Sequence record: NZ_CP137560.1
DNA: 64,000 bases
Source of the DNA: a plasmid
Strand: one strand, 5' to 3'
This document shows, one piece after another, positions 20,064 to 30,156 of this stretch (positions are counted from its first letter, which is position 1; the number at the start of each line of letters is the position of its first letter). The translations under genes and the position numbers were made by a program. The notes beneath the pieces are model-generated. The model was not told the DNA's origin. It saw only the letters and a program-made list of their open reading frames with translations, and did no database searches.

Positions 20064-20085
20064 TTTTGTTGCACGTTTGTTACGT
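20064..20085 (+). repeat. 21-bp direct repeat, copy 2, near the IME-A right end
   Basis: Identical to 2349-2370. Confidence 0.6.
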
Positions 20086-20141
20086 GGAGGTGTTTTGTGA
20101 AATAGCAACACTGATAATCAGCGAGTTACATAGCGAAATAA

Positions 20142-20986
20142 TCCCACGAAGTAAAGCATTGCACCATAGAAATGAACCGTCAAATACCTAGTAAGCCACT
20201 TAGCCCAGGCTCCCTCCCATTTTGGAAGGACAGAAAAAGCCCATTGGATAGGGCCAAAGATAGTGAGCATACCCAACAATATCTGCTGACAGAAGATGGT
20301 ACTCCACCATCCTACACGATAAATGACGAGAGCAAAGAACATCACTATCTTATCCAGTCCTATGATAAGACCTGCAAAAACGGAACGGTCAGCGGCCTCC
20401 TGCACCATGGCTTCTCCTTCTTGCTTACTCTCGATGTCTTCCACTTGCATGGAGGCATCTTGAACGATTTCACTTAGAATCAATTCCTTGGCAACCTCTT
20501 GCTTGGGTGCTATTTTTCGATAGAGTGAGTCACGTTTCTGTACCAGCGGCATCAACTCATTATATTTCTCACTCACCTGTATGGCCTCCGCCTCATATAG
20601 GTCATGTGTATAGGAACCTATGCAGTTAGGTATAAATGCGAGGGCATCCAAGATGCTTCCATTATTGTTGGTAGAAGAAGGATACCAGAAGCACATAACC
20701 AGTGCGATACCCATCACTTTCATGATTTTGATCACGTCAATGGGTTCCCCTTTGACAAGCATCTTGTAACACATGCCACCAGCCACAAGAATGGAGAAAA
20801 GTGCTCCAAGAGCCATGCACATCTGCAAAATCCACCAATTATCCCAAGCGGGTCTAACCATCGGAAATGAAAGGATAGTAAAGTGATGTAATATCGCTGA
20901 TTTACAGTCTATTAGGAATGAAAGCCGGTTTTGGATTGGTTCGTTATTCTTTCCTAAATTAGCGGATTGTTTACCCACTTTTGTCT
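20142..20986 (-). pseudogene. traJ: traJ middle fragment between IME-A and IME-B
   Basis: Multi-TM protein ...MVRPAWDNWWILQMCMALGALFSILVAGG...HFYGAMLYFVG. It stops prematurely at 20118 inside IME-A DNA and is in frame with the 34493-34778 N-part once IME-B is removed in silico. Confidence 0.6.
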
Positions 20987-21001
20987 CGTTTTTGTCCCTC
21001 G
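20987..21001 (+). repeat. 15-bp perfect direct repeat CGTTTTTGTCCCTCG, left flank of IME-B
   Basis: Identical 15-mer at 34478-34492. GCTGATTTACAG motifs also occur on both outer flanks (20889 and 34530). Confidence 0.7.
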
Positions 21002-21085
21002 TTGTATTATCTTTGTATCGCAAGTTAAATGCTTGATAATCAGTGATAAAAGAATATATTAACATCAGAAAAGAAAGGAAATAAA

Positions 21086-22267
21086 ATGGGACGAAAGAAG
21101 AAGGAAATCCGTTTGAAGGAGCCAGTGCGCATCCGAGAAAAGAAGATAGCTGGTGGCAACATCAGCCTCTATCTTGACATTTACCAAAAGGGATTGAGAA
21201 AGAAAGAGACGTTGAAACTCTATCTTGTGCCAGAAATCAACGCTGCTACCAAGTTGCAAAACGCCAATACAAGAAAGTTGGCAGAGCAAATCAAGGCGCA
21301 GCGCATTCTTGACATCCAGAGAGAGGGTCTTGTGGATTGGGACAAGGTGAAGAAGTCACGCATGACACTTACCAAGTGGATGGATGACTTTGTGAAGTAC
21401 AATGCCGAGTTGTCTGAGTCTTCCATGAAGACAAAGCGCAACACTCATGCTCGCATTGACCAATACCTATTACATATAGGCAAGCCAGAGTTTCTGTTGA
21501 AAGACGTGGACAAGGAGTTTTGCAAAGGCTTCATTACTTTTTTGAAGACTTGCACCTACAATGATGGAAAGAAACAACTCAGCACCACCACTTGCCGTAT
21601 GTTCGTCAACTATTTCGGCTCGTCATTGGCAAAGGCAGTAAGGGACGGACTGATTGAGCAAAATCCATTCTTGCTGTTGGAGGCAAAGGAGAAGCCACAG
21701 AAGCGAGTGGCTGAGCGTGAGTTTCTGACGATAGAGGAAATAAAGAAGGTGATGAACACACCATGCCGTTATGAACTGGTGAAGAAAGCCTTTCTATTCT
21801 CCTGTTTCACCGGTCTGCGATATAGCGACATGAAAGCCTTGAACTGGAGTGAAATCCACAAGGCTGCTGACGGCAAGACAGAATACATTGACCATATCCA
21901 AGTCAAGACCAAGGATAGAGTAACCATCCCCTTGTCGGAAGAAACAAAGAAGTGGATGCCTAAAAGAGAAGAAGGCATAGACAACATCTTCCACAACTTG
22001 ACAATCACATCTACAACTGTAGAAGTGGTGCTGAAAGAATGGATGGAGGCAGCAGGAATAACCAAGCATATAACCTACCATTGCTCACGACATACAGCGG
22101 CTACGATGCTCCTGACTCTTGGTGCAAGTATCTATGTAGTAAGCAAGATACTTGGACACAAGAGCATCAAGATGACGGAGATTTACGCGAAGATAGTTGA
22201 CAAGAAGAAGTTGGAAACCGTGAACCTCGTGAACGGAATGTTTGACCAAATACCAGTAATACAATGA
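21086..22267 (+). CDS. Tyrosine integrase, first of a tandem pair
   Basis: 393 aa, MGRKKKEIRLKEPVRIREKKIAGGNISLYLDIY..., C-terminal HCSRHTAAT..LGHKSIKMTEIYAK. Confidence 0.9.
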   Translation: MGRKKKEIRLKEPVRIREKKIAGGNISLYLDIYQKGLRKKETLKLYLVPEINAATKLQNANTRKLAEQIKAQRILDIQREGLVDWDKVKKSRMTLTKWMDDFVKYNAELSESSMKTKRNTHARIDQYLLHIGKPEFLLKDVDKEFCKGFITFLKTCTYNDGKKQLSTTTCRMFVNYFGSSLAKAVRDGLIEQNPFLLLEAKEKPQKRVAEREFLTIEEIKKVMNTPCRYELVKKAFLFSCFTGLRYSDMKALNWSEIHKAADGKTEYIDHIQVKTKDRVTIPLSEETKKWMPKREEGIDNIFHNLTITSTTVEVVLKEWMEAAGITKHITYHCSRHTAATMLLTLGASIYVVSKILGHKSIKMTEIYAKIVDKKKLETVNLVNGMFDQIPVIQ

Positions 22268-23424
22268 AGATAGAAATCAAGGAACGTAAGCTGACGGAAG
22301 GCAAAAGAGCCTTATATCTGGAATACTACGAGACTGGCTTCCGCAAGAGAGAAAACCTGCACCTCTATCTCTTGCCCGATGATGCCGTTGGTGCTGCAAA
22401 GCACAATCGGCTTACATACAACAAGGCTATGGAGATACGAGCAGAGCGCATCCTCACCCCTCCTGTATTGGAGAAAGAGAATGCCAAAAGCGAAGAACAA
22501 GGCAACGGCTTGACTTGGCTGCAATGGTGCGATGACTATATCAAATGGTCTGTTGATTGTGGCAACTGCAAGAAGATGATAGGTCATAAGAATGTTGTCC
22601 GTAAGCGTATAGCCACTTATCTGCGAAGAGTAGATAAGAAAGAAATCCTGCTGAAAGATGTCAGTAAAGATGAAATTTGCGGTCTTTTTGATTATATGCG
22701 CAACAAGTATCGCAACAAACGCCAAATCAAGACCAACGGAGGACGGTTGGCTGATTACACATTACTGTTGTTTGAGGAAACTGTCAAAGCGATATTTAAT
22801 AAGGCTATGCGTGAAGGACTTGTAAAATTCAATCCTGTACACAGTCTAAACAAGTTGGAACGCTTCCATGCTCCTGACAAACACAGAGAGTATCTTACGC
22901 CCGAAGAACTCACACGTTTCCTGGCGGTGGAAGCTGAATGCGAGAATGAACGAACCGTACAACTCGCATTTGGCTTATCATCCATGACAGCCCTTCGCCT
23001 TGGCGATATGCAGCATCTGAGGTGGTGTGATATTAAAATGATAGATGGCGTACCGACAATCAGCATCATACAGCGAAAGACAAAGCGTCCTGCCATTATT
23101 CCGCTCAATGAAATGGCGCAATCGTTGTTGCCACCTCGGGCGGATGACAATCCGGAAAGTCTTGTGTTTCACCTTGTCAAGAAGTCAGACAACGTATCTA
23201 AATACGTAAGAAGACTTAAAGAAAAGGCTGGCATAGAAAAGGATTTGACCTACCATTGCTCACGGCATACGACAGCATCGTTGGCTATCTCAGCAGGAGC
23301 AGACATATCAGCAGTGAAGGATGTTTTGGGACATGGAAGCATCACTTCAACCGAAGTTTATGCAAAAGTGGCTCTTGAAAAGAAGATAGGGGCGGTCAAT
23401 CTGTTTAATGGCGTGTTTGATTGA
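22264..23424 (+). CDS. Tyrosine integrase, second of a tandem pair (ATGA overlap with the first)
   Basis: 386 aa, RALYLEYYETGFRKRENLHLYLLP..., C-terminal HCSRHTTAS..LGHGSITSTEVYAK. Confidence 0.9.
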   Translation: MKIEIKERKLTEGKRALYLEYYETGFRKRENLHLYLLPDDAVGAAKHNRLTYNKAMEIRAERILTPPVLEKENAKSEEQGNGLTWLQWCDDYIKWSVDCGNCKKMIGHKNVVRKRIATYLRRVDKKEILLKDVSKDEICGLFDYMRNKYRNKRQIKTNGGRLADYTLLLFEETVKAIFNKAMREGLVKFNPVHSLNKLERFHAPDKHREYLTPEELTRFLAVEAECENERTVQLAFGLSSMTALRLGDMQHLRWCDIKMIDGVPTISIIQRKTKRPAIIPLNEMAQSLLPPRADDNPESLVFHLVKKSDNVSKYVRRLKEKAGIEKDLTYHCSRHTTASLAISAGADISAVKDVLGHGSITSTEVYAKVALEKKIGAVNLFNGVFD

Positions 23425-23444
23425 GACATACAGCAGGGAGCGAA

Positions 23445-23482
23445 CAATGGGGAAGTCTTACTTCTTCCCTTTTGTTGGTAAA
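23445..23482 (+). terminator. Intrinsic terminator-like hairpin after the integrase pair
   Basis: GGGGAAG-tcttactt-CTTCCC followed by TTTTGTTGG, about 20 bp after the int stop. Confidence 0.5.
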
Positions 23483-23582
23483 TTGCCGTCAGGCTGTATT
23501 CAAAAAACGCTTGTGTTCAAATAAATCTGCAAGACTTATCTGGGCACAGGCTTTTTCATGTTCTATTTAATCTTTGATAAAG

Positions 23583-24227
23583 ATGACAACAGGGGTAATA
23601 TACGCTCGTGTCTCCAGTATTGGTGACAGACAGAGCACGGAAAGACAGATCAAGGACTTGTCGGAGTATGCAAAATATAAGGGTATAGAAGTCCGCAAGG
23701 TCTTTGAGGAACACATTTCTGGCGCAAAGAAGAATGATGAGCGTCCAGTGTTGTGTGAAGCAATGGAATACTGCAAGGCAAACCGCATTGGAATCCTACT
23801 TGTCAGTGAACTGTCAAGATTGGGGCGTAATGCGTTTGAGGTGCTTGCCTCTGTCAAGGAACTCATAGACTGTGGCATTAACCTCTACATACAAAAGGAA
23901 CAGCTTACATTATTGGACGAAGAAGGACATCCGTCCCTCTTTGCCCCGATAATGATAGCCACGCTTTCGACCTGTGCGCAATTGGAACGTGACAATATCT
24001 CATTCCGATTGCAGTCAGGAAGGAAGCAGTATATAGAGAAAGGTGGAAAACTCGGACGCAAGATAGGCTCTGTAAAAACGGAAGAACAGATGAAAGCCGA
24101 ATATAGGGAAGTAATAAGTCTGCTTCGCAAGGGATATTCAATTCGGGATGTGGCGAAGTTGAGTGGTAAAGGGGTAAGTACCGTACAACGAGTTAAGCGA
24201 TTAATAAAAGTACAATCATCGCAATAA
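23583..24227 (+). CDS. Small serine recombinase (resolvase/invertase family)
   Basis: MTTGVIYARVSSIGDRQSTERQ... with the catalytic Ser in the YARVSS context and a C-terminal HTH (GYSIRDVAKLSGKGVSTVQRV). Confidence 0.85.
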   Translation: MTTGVIYARVSSIGDRQSTERQIKDLSEYAKYKGIEVRKVFEEHISGAKKNDERPVLCEAMEYCKANRIGILLVSELSRLGRNAFEVLASVKELIDCGINLYIQKEQLTLLDEEGHPSLFAPIMIATLSTCAQLERDNISFRLQSGRKQYIEKGGKLGRKIGSVKTEEQMKAEYREVISLLRKGYSIRDVAKLSGKGVSTVQRVKRLIKVQSSQ

Positions 24228-24368
24228 TACTATTGATTTTACGTTCTTTTCAAAGAAAGGGGTTGTGCAATAGTGGCTTAAAGGCTAAAAGCACTACCTT
24301 TGTATACAATAATAAGTAACAACACGTTTAAGGTCACAAATTGTGATCTCAAAAATAAAGATAGAAAT

Positions 24369-25325
24369 ATGGCAGATAATATAGAACATCAAGATAAAGG
24401 AGAACTGGTCGCAAATTGTGACCAGTTACAAAATGATGAAGTCGTAGTTACCACTCCTGTAGAAAGTCGAATAATGTCTATTCGTGGAAAGCAGATTATG
24501 ATAGACAGAGACTTGGCTGAACTTTATGGAGTGGAAACTAAAAGATTAAACGAGGCTGTAAAACGTAATATAGAACGTTTCCCTGAGCGTTTCCGTTTTC
24601 AACTGATTAAGGAGGAAATGGCTGAACTGGTCGCAAATTGCGACCGGTTCAATAGTTTGAAGCACTCAACAGTTCGTTCATATGCTTTCACGGAGCAGGG
24701 AGTGGCTATGCTCTCCACTGTTCTTAGAAGTGAAACCGCAATTCGTGTAAGCATACGAATTATGGATGCATTTGTTGCAATGAGACGCTTCATGGTGACA
24801 AATGCAGAAGTTTTCCAACGTCTTTCAACAATGGAGTACCATCAACTGGAAATGCAGCAACATCAGCAAGAAACAGACAAACGCATAGACGAGGTGTTTC
24901 GCAGATTGGACGAGGGCAACGCAAAGCCGAAGCAGGGTGTGTTCTACAATGGGCAAGTTTATGATGCCTATACTTTCGTGTCCGACTTGATTAAGAGTGC
25001 GAAGAAACGTATTGTCCTTATCGACAACTATGTTGACGAGACTGTACTGACATTGCTCGATAAAAGAGATAATAACGTGTCTGCAATCATCTACACTCAG
25101 CAGATAAGCCGTCAGTTACAACTTGACATAGACCGTCATAATGCTCAATATGCACCGATTGATGTTGAAACATTCCGTTTATCACATGACCGCTTCCTTT
25201 GTATAGACGATGATGTGTATCATATAGGAGCATCCATAAAGGACTTGGGCAAAAAGTGGTTTGGCTTCTCAAAGATGGAGATTCTTACACCAGATGAATT
25301 GGTGGAACGAATCAACAAAGAGTAA
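24369..25325 (+). CDS. ORF6N (KilA-N-like) domain protein with an uncharacterised C-terminal domain
   Basis: SIRGKQIMIDRDLAELYGVETKRLNEAVKRNIERFPERFRFQL matches ORF6N. Two copies of the ELVANCD peptide, encoded by a palindromic 21-mer, flank the domain. Confidence 0.7.
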   Translation: MADNIEHQDKGELVANCDQLQNDEVVVTTPVESRIMSIRGKQIMIDRDLAELYGVETKRLNEAVKRNIERFPERFRFQLIKEEMAELVANCDRFNSLKHSTVRSYAFTEQGVAMLSTVLRSETAIRVSIRIMDAFVAMRRFMVTNAEVFQRLSTMEYHQLEMQQHQQETDKRIDEVFRRLDEGNAKPKQGVFYNGQVYDAYTFVSDLIKSAKKRIVLIDNYVDETVLTLLDKRDNNVSAIIYTQQISRQLQLDIDRHNAQYAPIDVETFRLSHDRFLCIDDDVYHIGASIKDLGKKWFGFSKMEILTPDELVERINKE

Positions 25326-25371
25326 TCAATACGCAATATTTCAAGAATATAAACATTAAAAATTACGAATT

Positions 25372-26751
25372 ATGAAAAGCAATTTAGATATACTATTAAT
25401 GAAACGGATAGTATTTTTATTTTCCATTGTTCTCATGCTTTGCTCATGCAAATCATTTGAAGACCACAGCAACGAAAAGGCAGTGGGTACTTACAAGAAT
25501 GGGTATATCCTCAATCTAAACAAGGAGATTGTTGCGACATATAGAAATGGATATGTCTTTAGTGAAAAGGCGTTAGGAACTCCTAATGATTATGGTTTGG
25601 GGTTGGAACAAGACATATATACAACAGGAAAAATAGATACCCTAATGCTGAAATCAAAATATTTTGATTTCAAGCGTAAAGTGTTTGTATATTTGCCTCC
25701 TTTCTATCCTTATTTTGATGCAAATGACTTTGATGTGGTTTATACAACTGATGCACAAACAATGGAACAGTTTTTCATGACTTGTGCATGGCCTTTGTTT
25801 CAGAATAAGTATAAGTGGTTTATTGTTGTTGGTATATGCAGTCCACAGACAGAAACGTATAGTCGCCAAGATGATTTCTTGCCAAACGATAGCGCTACCA
25901 TCAAGAGCTACGATGGACATGGAGGACATTCTGAGAAATTGATGAATTTTGTTAAGTATGAGTTGATACCTTATATCCATAGTCATTATAGGACTACAGA
26001 ACGAAGCTTAGGTGTTGGGCATTCTTTGGGGGCTTCTTTTATGATGCAATGTCTCATGAATGGTAATCCATTTACAGATTATTTTTTTCTTTCTCCAAAT
26101 TTGACTTTTGGCAATGATAAGTTGATGCTTGCCTCGCAATTTTGCAATTATAAATTTGATGTAAACAAGCGATGCTATCTCTTTTTCAGCGATGCGGGAG
26201 AAGAAAGACTGTCTCATGGGTGGAGAGCATGGAAACCTGCACGAGAAATGGTTTATCATTATCTTGACACCCAACAACTACCGAGCAACATTGTATGGAA
26301 AAGGAAATCATATTTGAATTATAACCATCTCACCTCATTCCCTATGGCTCTTCATGATGCCTATCAAGGGTATTTTGATTATATTGACTCTATCAAATCT
26401 TTGGCTCCAAACGATACGACTACGCTTTCAAAACAAGTATATCGTAAGCATATTGAGATTGTGGTAAAAGATGCCAAGCAAGAAGTTTATATCACAGGAA
26501 ACCAAAAGTCCTTAGGTATGTGGAATCCAGGCTTGATTAAGCTAAAACATATTAATGACTCTATCCGCGCCATAGATGTTGATTTGCATTTGCCAGCATT
26601 ATTTAAGTTTACTCTTGGAAGTTGGAAATACGAAGCAGGCTTTGAAAATTCCTATTATGGAGATAATCTTGAAATAAATAATACTGAGCGGAAGAACTAT
26701 CGTTATATATTGACTGAGTGGATGAACATAGAAGATGATGAAAATCAATAA
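25372..26751 (+). CDS. Lipoprotein with an esterase-D/enterochelin-esterase-like alpha/beta hydrolase domain and a C-terminal CBM20-like beta-sandwich
   Basis: Signal peptide plus Cys (LMLCSC). GxSxG nucleophile elbow GHSLGASF. C-terminal VYITGNQKSLGMWNPGLIKLK...LGSWKYEAGF resembles a starch-binding-type CBM. Confidence 0.55.
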   Translation: MKSNLDILLMKRIVFLFSIVLMLCSCKSFEDHSNEKAVGTYKNGYILNLNKEIVATYRNGYVFSEKALGTPNDYGLGLEQDIYTTGKIDTLMLKSKYFDFKRKVFVYLPPFYPYFDANDFDVVYTTDAQTMEQFFMTCAWPLFQNKYKWFIVVGICSPQTETYSRQDDFLPNDSATIKSYDGHGGHSEKLMNFVKYELIPYIHSHYRTTERSLGVGHSLGASFMMQCLMNGNPFTDYFFLSPNLTFGNDKLMLASQFCNYKFDVNKRCYLFFSDAGEERLSHGWRAWKPAREMVYHYLDTQQLPSNIVWKRKSYLNYNHLTSFPMALHDAYQGYFDYIDSIKSLAPNDTTTLSKQVYRKHIEIVVKDAKQEVYITGNQKSLGMWNPGLIKLKHINDSIRAIDVDLHLPALFKFTLGSWKYEAGFENSYYGDNLEINNTERKNYRYILTEWMNIEDDENQ

Positions 26752-26856
26752 TTATTAGTTTACTTCACCTATAGATTTGGTAGAACGAATCAATAGAGGA
26801 TAATACTTACGAAAATTTCAAGAAAAAGAACTTAATACATAAATATAAAGTAAGCA

Positions 26857-28305
26857 ATGAAAAGGATTTGGATTTTTCTGATGGCGATGCTCTGCATCGT
26901 TTCTTTTACAGGTTGTGATAAGACTGAGGAACCTAACGGACCGGTTATTGACTATGACAATCTGTTCGATAGAACTTATTCTATTAACGACGATGGCTGC
27001 TGTGTGCTCGAAAGTTGCGAGCCCACAAGAGCTACAGTTATTGAGGATGAGGTAAAGGGATATGGATGGAAAGTCATTGGCATATATGAAGTTCAGAATG
27101 ACGGCAGGCTTTCACAGAAAGATTATCGCGAAACAGTTTGTGGTGGAGGATATGAAGATTACTGGTTTGAGTCAGACAGTCGGCTTGTCGTTTTCCACCA
27201 TAGTGACATCCCAGGCAAATTCTATAATAAGACAACGTGGCGCTACGATGCTACAAAGGGTTTCATCATGCGTGGCACAGAAAGCGAAAGTTTGCAAAAC
27301 CGCTATATGCAAGTGCTGGCTTTGACCACTCTCCAAGGAAAGAAATTCTATATGTACACCATGCAAAATATTGGTGTCAAATTCGACGAACACGGTAATC
27401 AGAAACCTTTTTATTGCATGGTTGTCTATCAACGCATGACCGACAATGAACTTGCCAAAATGAAGAAAGCATACGATTATGATGCAAACTTTGATTTTAC
27501 CGGTGCCGTTCCTGACGACTGCAAGTTCCGTGTAAGTGCAAGATACTACAATCCCGACGATTTTGAAGAAGGTACCAACGGAAGTGTCATCGTCGCTTTT
27601 GGAAATGTAGAATTCTCACTGACCGACCATCTCGGCACGGCAATGCTTCCAAACCCAGCATTGGAATATTTCGACTCCATCGTTTGGAGAGCCAACGACA
27701 GAATTGTTCCAGACAGATATGTCATACACCGCAACAATCAGAGCAAGGCGCAGACTGTCCTGACATGGACTACCCGTTTCTTCTATACGAACCCAAACCT
27801 GACCACATACTTTGAGGGTTACAAGAAAGGTCGCATCGTCTATACATACACGATGCACCACGACATCTACTTCGACAAATTCTTGTGCTTCGATTGGGGA
27901 AAGTTTTCGATGAGCAAGCCAAGAGAGTTTACTGCTACATGTTTGCTTGACAAAAGCCGGAGTTTCACCGTTTACGAACCAAGGACATACAACAATGATA
28001 TGAACAAGGTGTATGCCGAACTGCGCTACAATTCCGAAGAAAAAGGCAAGGGCAACGATATTGCCATCCTGGAAAAGGAAATCAGTGAACTGACGGAACT
28101 TATGATTAACCATTATGGCAAGGGAACCGAAGTGGGTAAGCAGGTAGAGCATTACCGCACCTTATTCAAGGCTCTTCCTGAAAAAGCGCATATTATTACA
28201 TACTGGGCAACTGCTGATACAAGAATTGCACTTGTTTTCAATCGCGACGATGCTGACTCCAAGAATGATTACTATTACGTTCATGCAGAACCAGTTCAAC
28301 AATAA
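26857..28305 (+). CDS. Lipoprotein of unknown function
   Basis: MKRIWIFLMAMLCIVSFTGC lipobox. 482 aa with no recognisable motif. Confidence 0.5.
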   Translation: MKRIWIFLMAMLCIVSFTGCDKTEEPNGPVIDYDNLFDRTYSINDDGCCVLESCEPTRATVIEDEVKGYGWKVIGIYEVQNDGRLSQKDYRETVCGGGYEDYWFESDSRLVVFHHSDIPGKFYNKTTWRYDATKGFIMRGTESESLQNRYMQVLALTTLQGKKFYMYTMQNIGVKFDEHGNQKPFYCMVVYQRMTDNELAKMKKAYDYDANFDFTGAVPDDCKFRVSARYYNPDDFEEGTNGSVIVAFGNVEFSLTDHLGTAMLPNPALEYFDSIVWRANDRIVPDRYVIHRNNQSKAQTVLTWTTRFFYTNPNLTTYFEGYKKGRIVYTYTMHHDIYFDKFLCFDWGKFSMSKPREFTATCLLDKSRSFTVYEPRTYNNDMNKVYAELRYNSEEKGKGNDIAILEKEISELTELMINHYGKGTEVGKQVEHYRTLFKALPEKAHIITYWATADTRIALVFNRDDADSKNDYYYVHAEPVQQ

Positions 28306-28418
28306 CAAAGCAATCCATTCACAACTGGAGGTTTAATCCGCAAAATAGTTGATGGAACGAATCGCTATAGTATAGTGGTGAATTACATTATTAATACGGA
28401 ACTATAAATCAAAATAAT

Positions 28419-29585
28419 ATGAGAATAAAAAAAATATTGCCTTTTATACTATTGGTATTCTTATTTATTTCATGTGAAAAAGAAGACTTTGAAATAGAAA
28501 CCAATAATCAAAGAACAGTTTTTATGTATCTCCCATGGTCAACAAATCTGACAAGTTATTTTTATAATAACATTTCTGATATGGAAGAAGCTATACAAGA
28601 AAAAGGATTAGAGAATGAAAGAATTATAGTGTTTTTATCTACAAGCCCTTCTGAATCGGAGATGTTTGAAATAACTTTAAATAACGGTTCGTGTAAAAGG
28701 ACTATCTTAAAAGAATATGTAAATCCTTCTTTTACCACAGAAGCTGGTTTGACAGAGATTCTCGGAGATATGAAAACATTTGCTCCTGCTGAAAGTTATT
28801 CAATGATTATCGGTTGTCACGGCATGGGCTGGCTTCCTGTTGTACAAAGCCGTAGCAAAGCGAAGGAAGATTTTGTTTATCATTGGGATTTTGAGAATGT
28901 TCCTATGACACGTTTTTTTGGCGGATTAACAGCAGAATACCAAACAAACATAAGCACTCTTGCTCAAAGCTTATCTAATAACGGATTGTCAATGGAGTAT
29001 ATTCTATTTGATGATTGCTATATGTCATCGTTGGAAGTTGCCTATGAGTTACGCCATGTAACCAACTATATGATTGCCTGTCCAACAGAAGTGATGGTCT
29101 TTGGTATGCCATATTCCACAATAGGCAAATATCTCTTATCAGAAAAACCAGATTACAAAGCTATATGTGAGTCATTTTATCAGTTTTATTCTAACTATCA
29201 ATATCCTTATGGAACGTTGGCTGTAACAGACTGCTCTTACTTGGATGAGTTGGCAGAACTAATGAAATATATTCACTCTAATTATTCTTTTGATAGTACA
29301 CAAGCTATAAATATTCAACGTATGGATGGCTACTCCCCTGTGATATTCTATGATTTCGGAGATTATGTACAGACTTTATGTGGTACAGACACAGAAATAT
29401 ATAATAATTTTAAAACACTATTGGAGAAAGTTATCCCTTACAAAACTCATACCAAAGAATTCTACACGGCATCAAGAGGTCCTATTACAGTTGAAAGATA
29501 TTCAGGAATAACAACCTCTGAACCAAGTACAAATAGCAAGATGGTAGATTACCCAAAAACATCATGGTGCATTGACACACATTAA
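28419..29585 (+). CDS. Lipoprotein, clostripain-like (peptidase C11) cysteine peptidase
   Basis: Signal peptide plus FISC. A His-Gly dyad context (IIGCHGMGW) and the catalytic-Cys context (ILFDDCYMSS) are typical of C11 proteins. Confidence 0.5.
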   Translation: MRIKKILPFILLVFLFISCEKEDFEIETNNQRTVFMYLPWSTNLTSYFYNNISDMEEAIQEKGLENERIIVFLSTSPSESEMFEITLNNGSCKRTILKEYVNPSFTTEAGLTEILGDMKTFAPAESYSMIIGCHGMGWLPVVQSRSKAKEDFVYHWDFENVPMTRFFGGLTAEYQTNISTLAQSLSNNGLSMEYILFDDCYMSSLEVAYELRHVTNYMIACPTEVMVFGMPYSTIGKYLLSEKPDYKAICESFYQFYSNYQYPYGTLAVTDCSYLDELAELMKYIHSNYSFDSTQAINIQRMDGYSPVIFYDFGDYVQTLCGTDTEIYNNFKTLLEKVIPYKTHTKEFYTASRGPITVERYSGITTSEPSTNSKMVDYPKTSWCIDTH

Positions 29586-30156
29586 ATTATCACTCTGAAC
29601 CAAGTTGTGATATAGTCCAAAATCTCCAACGAAGTAACTATCCGTGGGGGGCTTGACCCTTGCACATATAAAAAGCAAAAAGAAAGCGTTATCGGAGTAT
29701 TACACAAAAAACAGCTGGCTATTACATAATGAAACAACATACTTGACTGATTGGTACGCTTCTCCTACCATGCGGACAAATCCCGGTAACAAAATGACAA
29801 AGCGGACAATGTTCTTAACATGCCAACTTGTAAATGGGATGAATGATTTTCGTTTTTCGCAAGTTGATTTTATAAAATTGCTGCCAACAGTTCGTACTTT
29901 CGGAAAAAGATGTTATATTTGCAAATGAAAGAGTTATTTGACAGCATAGCAACGCAAAACGCTGAAATTCGCACAGTTGCCAAATCGTTACCTCTATTTC
30001 TCAAATAATTCGCTAATAGTTTATTTCTCAATCGGTTAAGTCAAACCGATAAAAATCTAAAATAAACTGTGTCAGGCTATAAAAGTTATAGTTAGACACG
30101 GTTTATTTACATTTCTATCCTTTCCTTTGCAGAGTATAATTCTTCCCATCCTCAGC

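Larger units (their letters stand above)
2224..20141. mobile_element. IME-A, about 17.9 kb, inserted in traJ: int-int, XRE, Type I R-M shufflon, MobV, HTH proteins, xis-like
   Basis: traJ is split at 2208-2223 and 20142-20156, which share the imperfect core TACTTCGTrGG. Tandem tyrosine recombinases sit at the left end and mob/xis-like genes at the right end. Confidence 0.6.

Noticed and set aside
20862-21065. N-terminal 68-codon extension of ORF 20118-21065 (MLIYSFITDYQAFNLRYKDNTTRDKNETK...)
   Set aside because: It is low-complexity Lys/Asn-rich and runs into IME-B DNA. With IME-B removed in silico, the frame is more plausibly continuous with the 34778 start.
29644-29928. 94-aa plus-strand ORF between the C11 peptidase gene and mobC
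   Set aside because: It has no promoter or RBS-like context, its composition looks like translated AT-rich spacer, and it lies in the element-end region that also contains a small hairpin (ATCGGTT-N7-AACCGAT).
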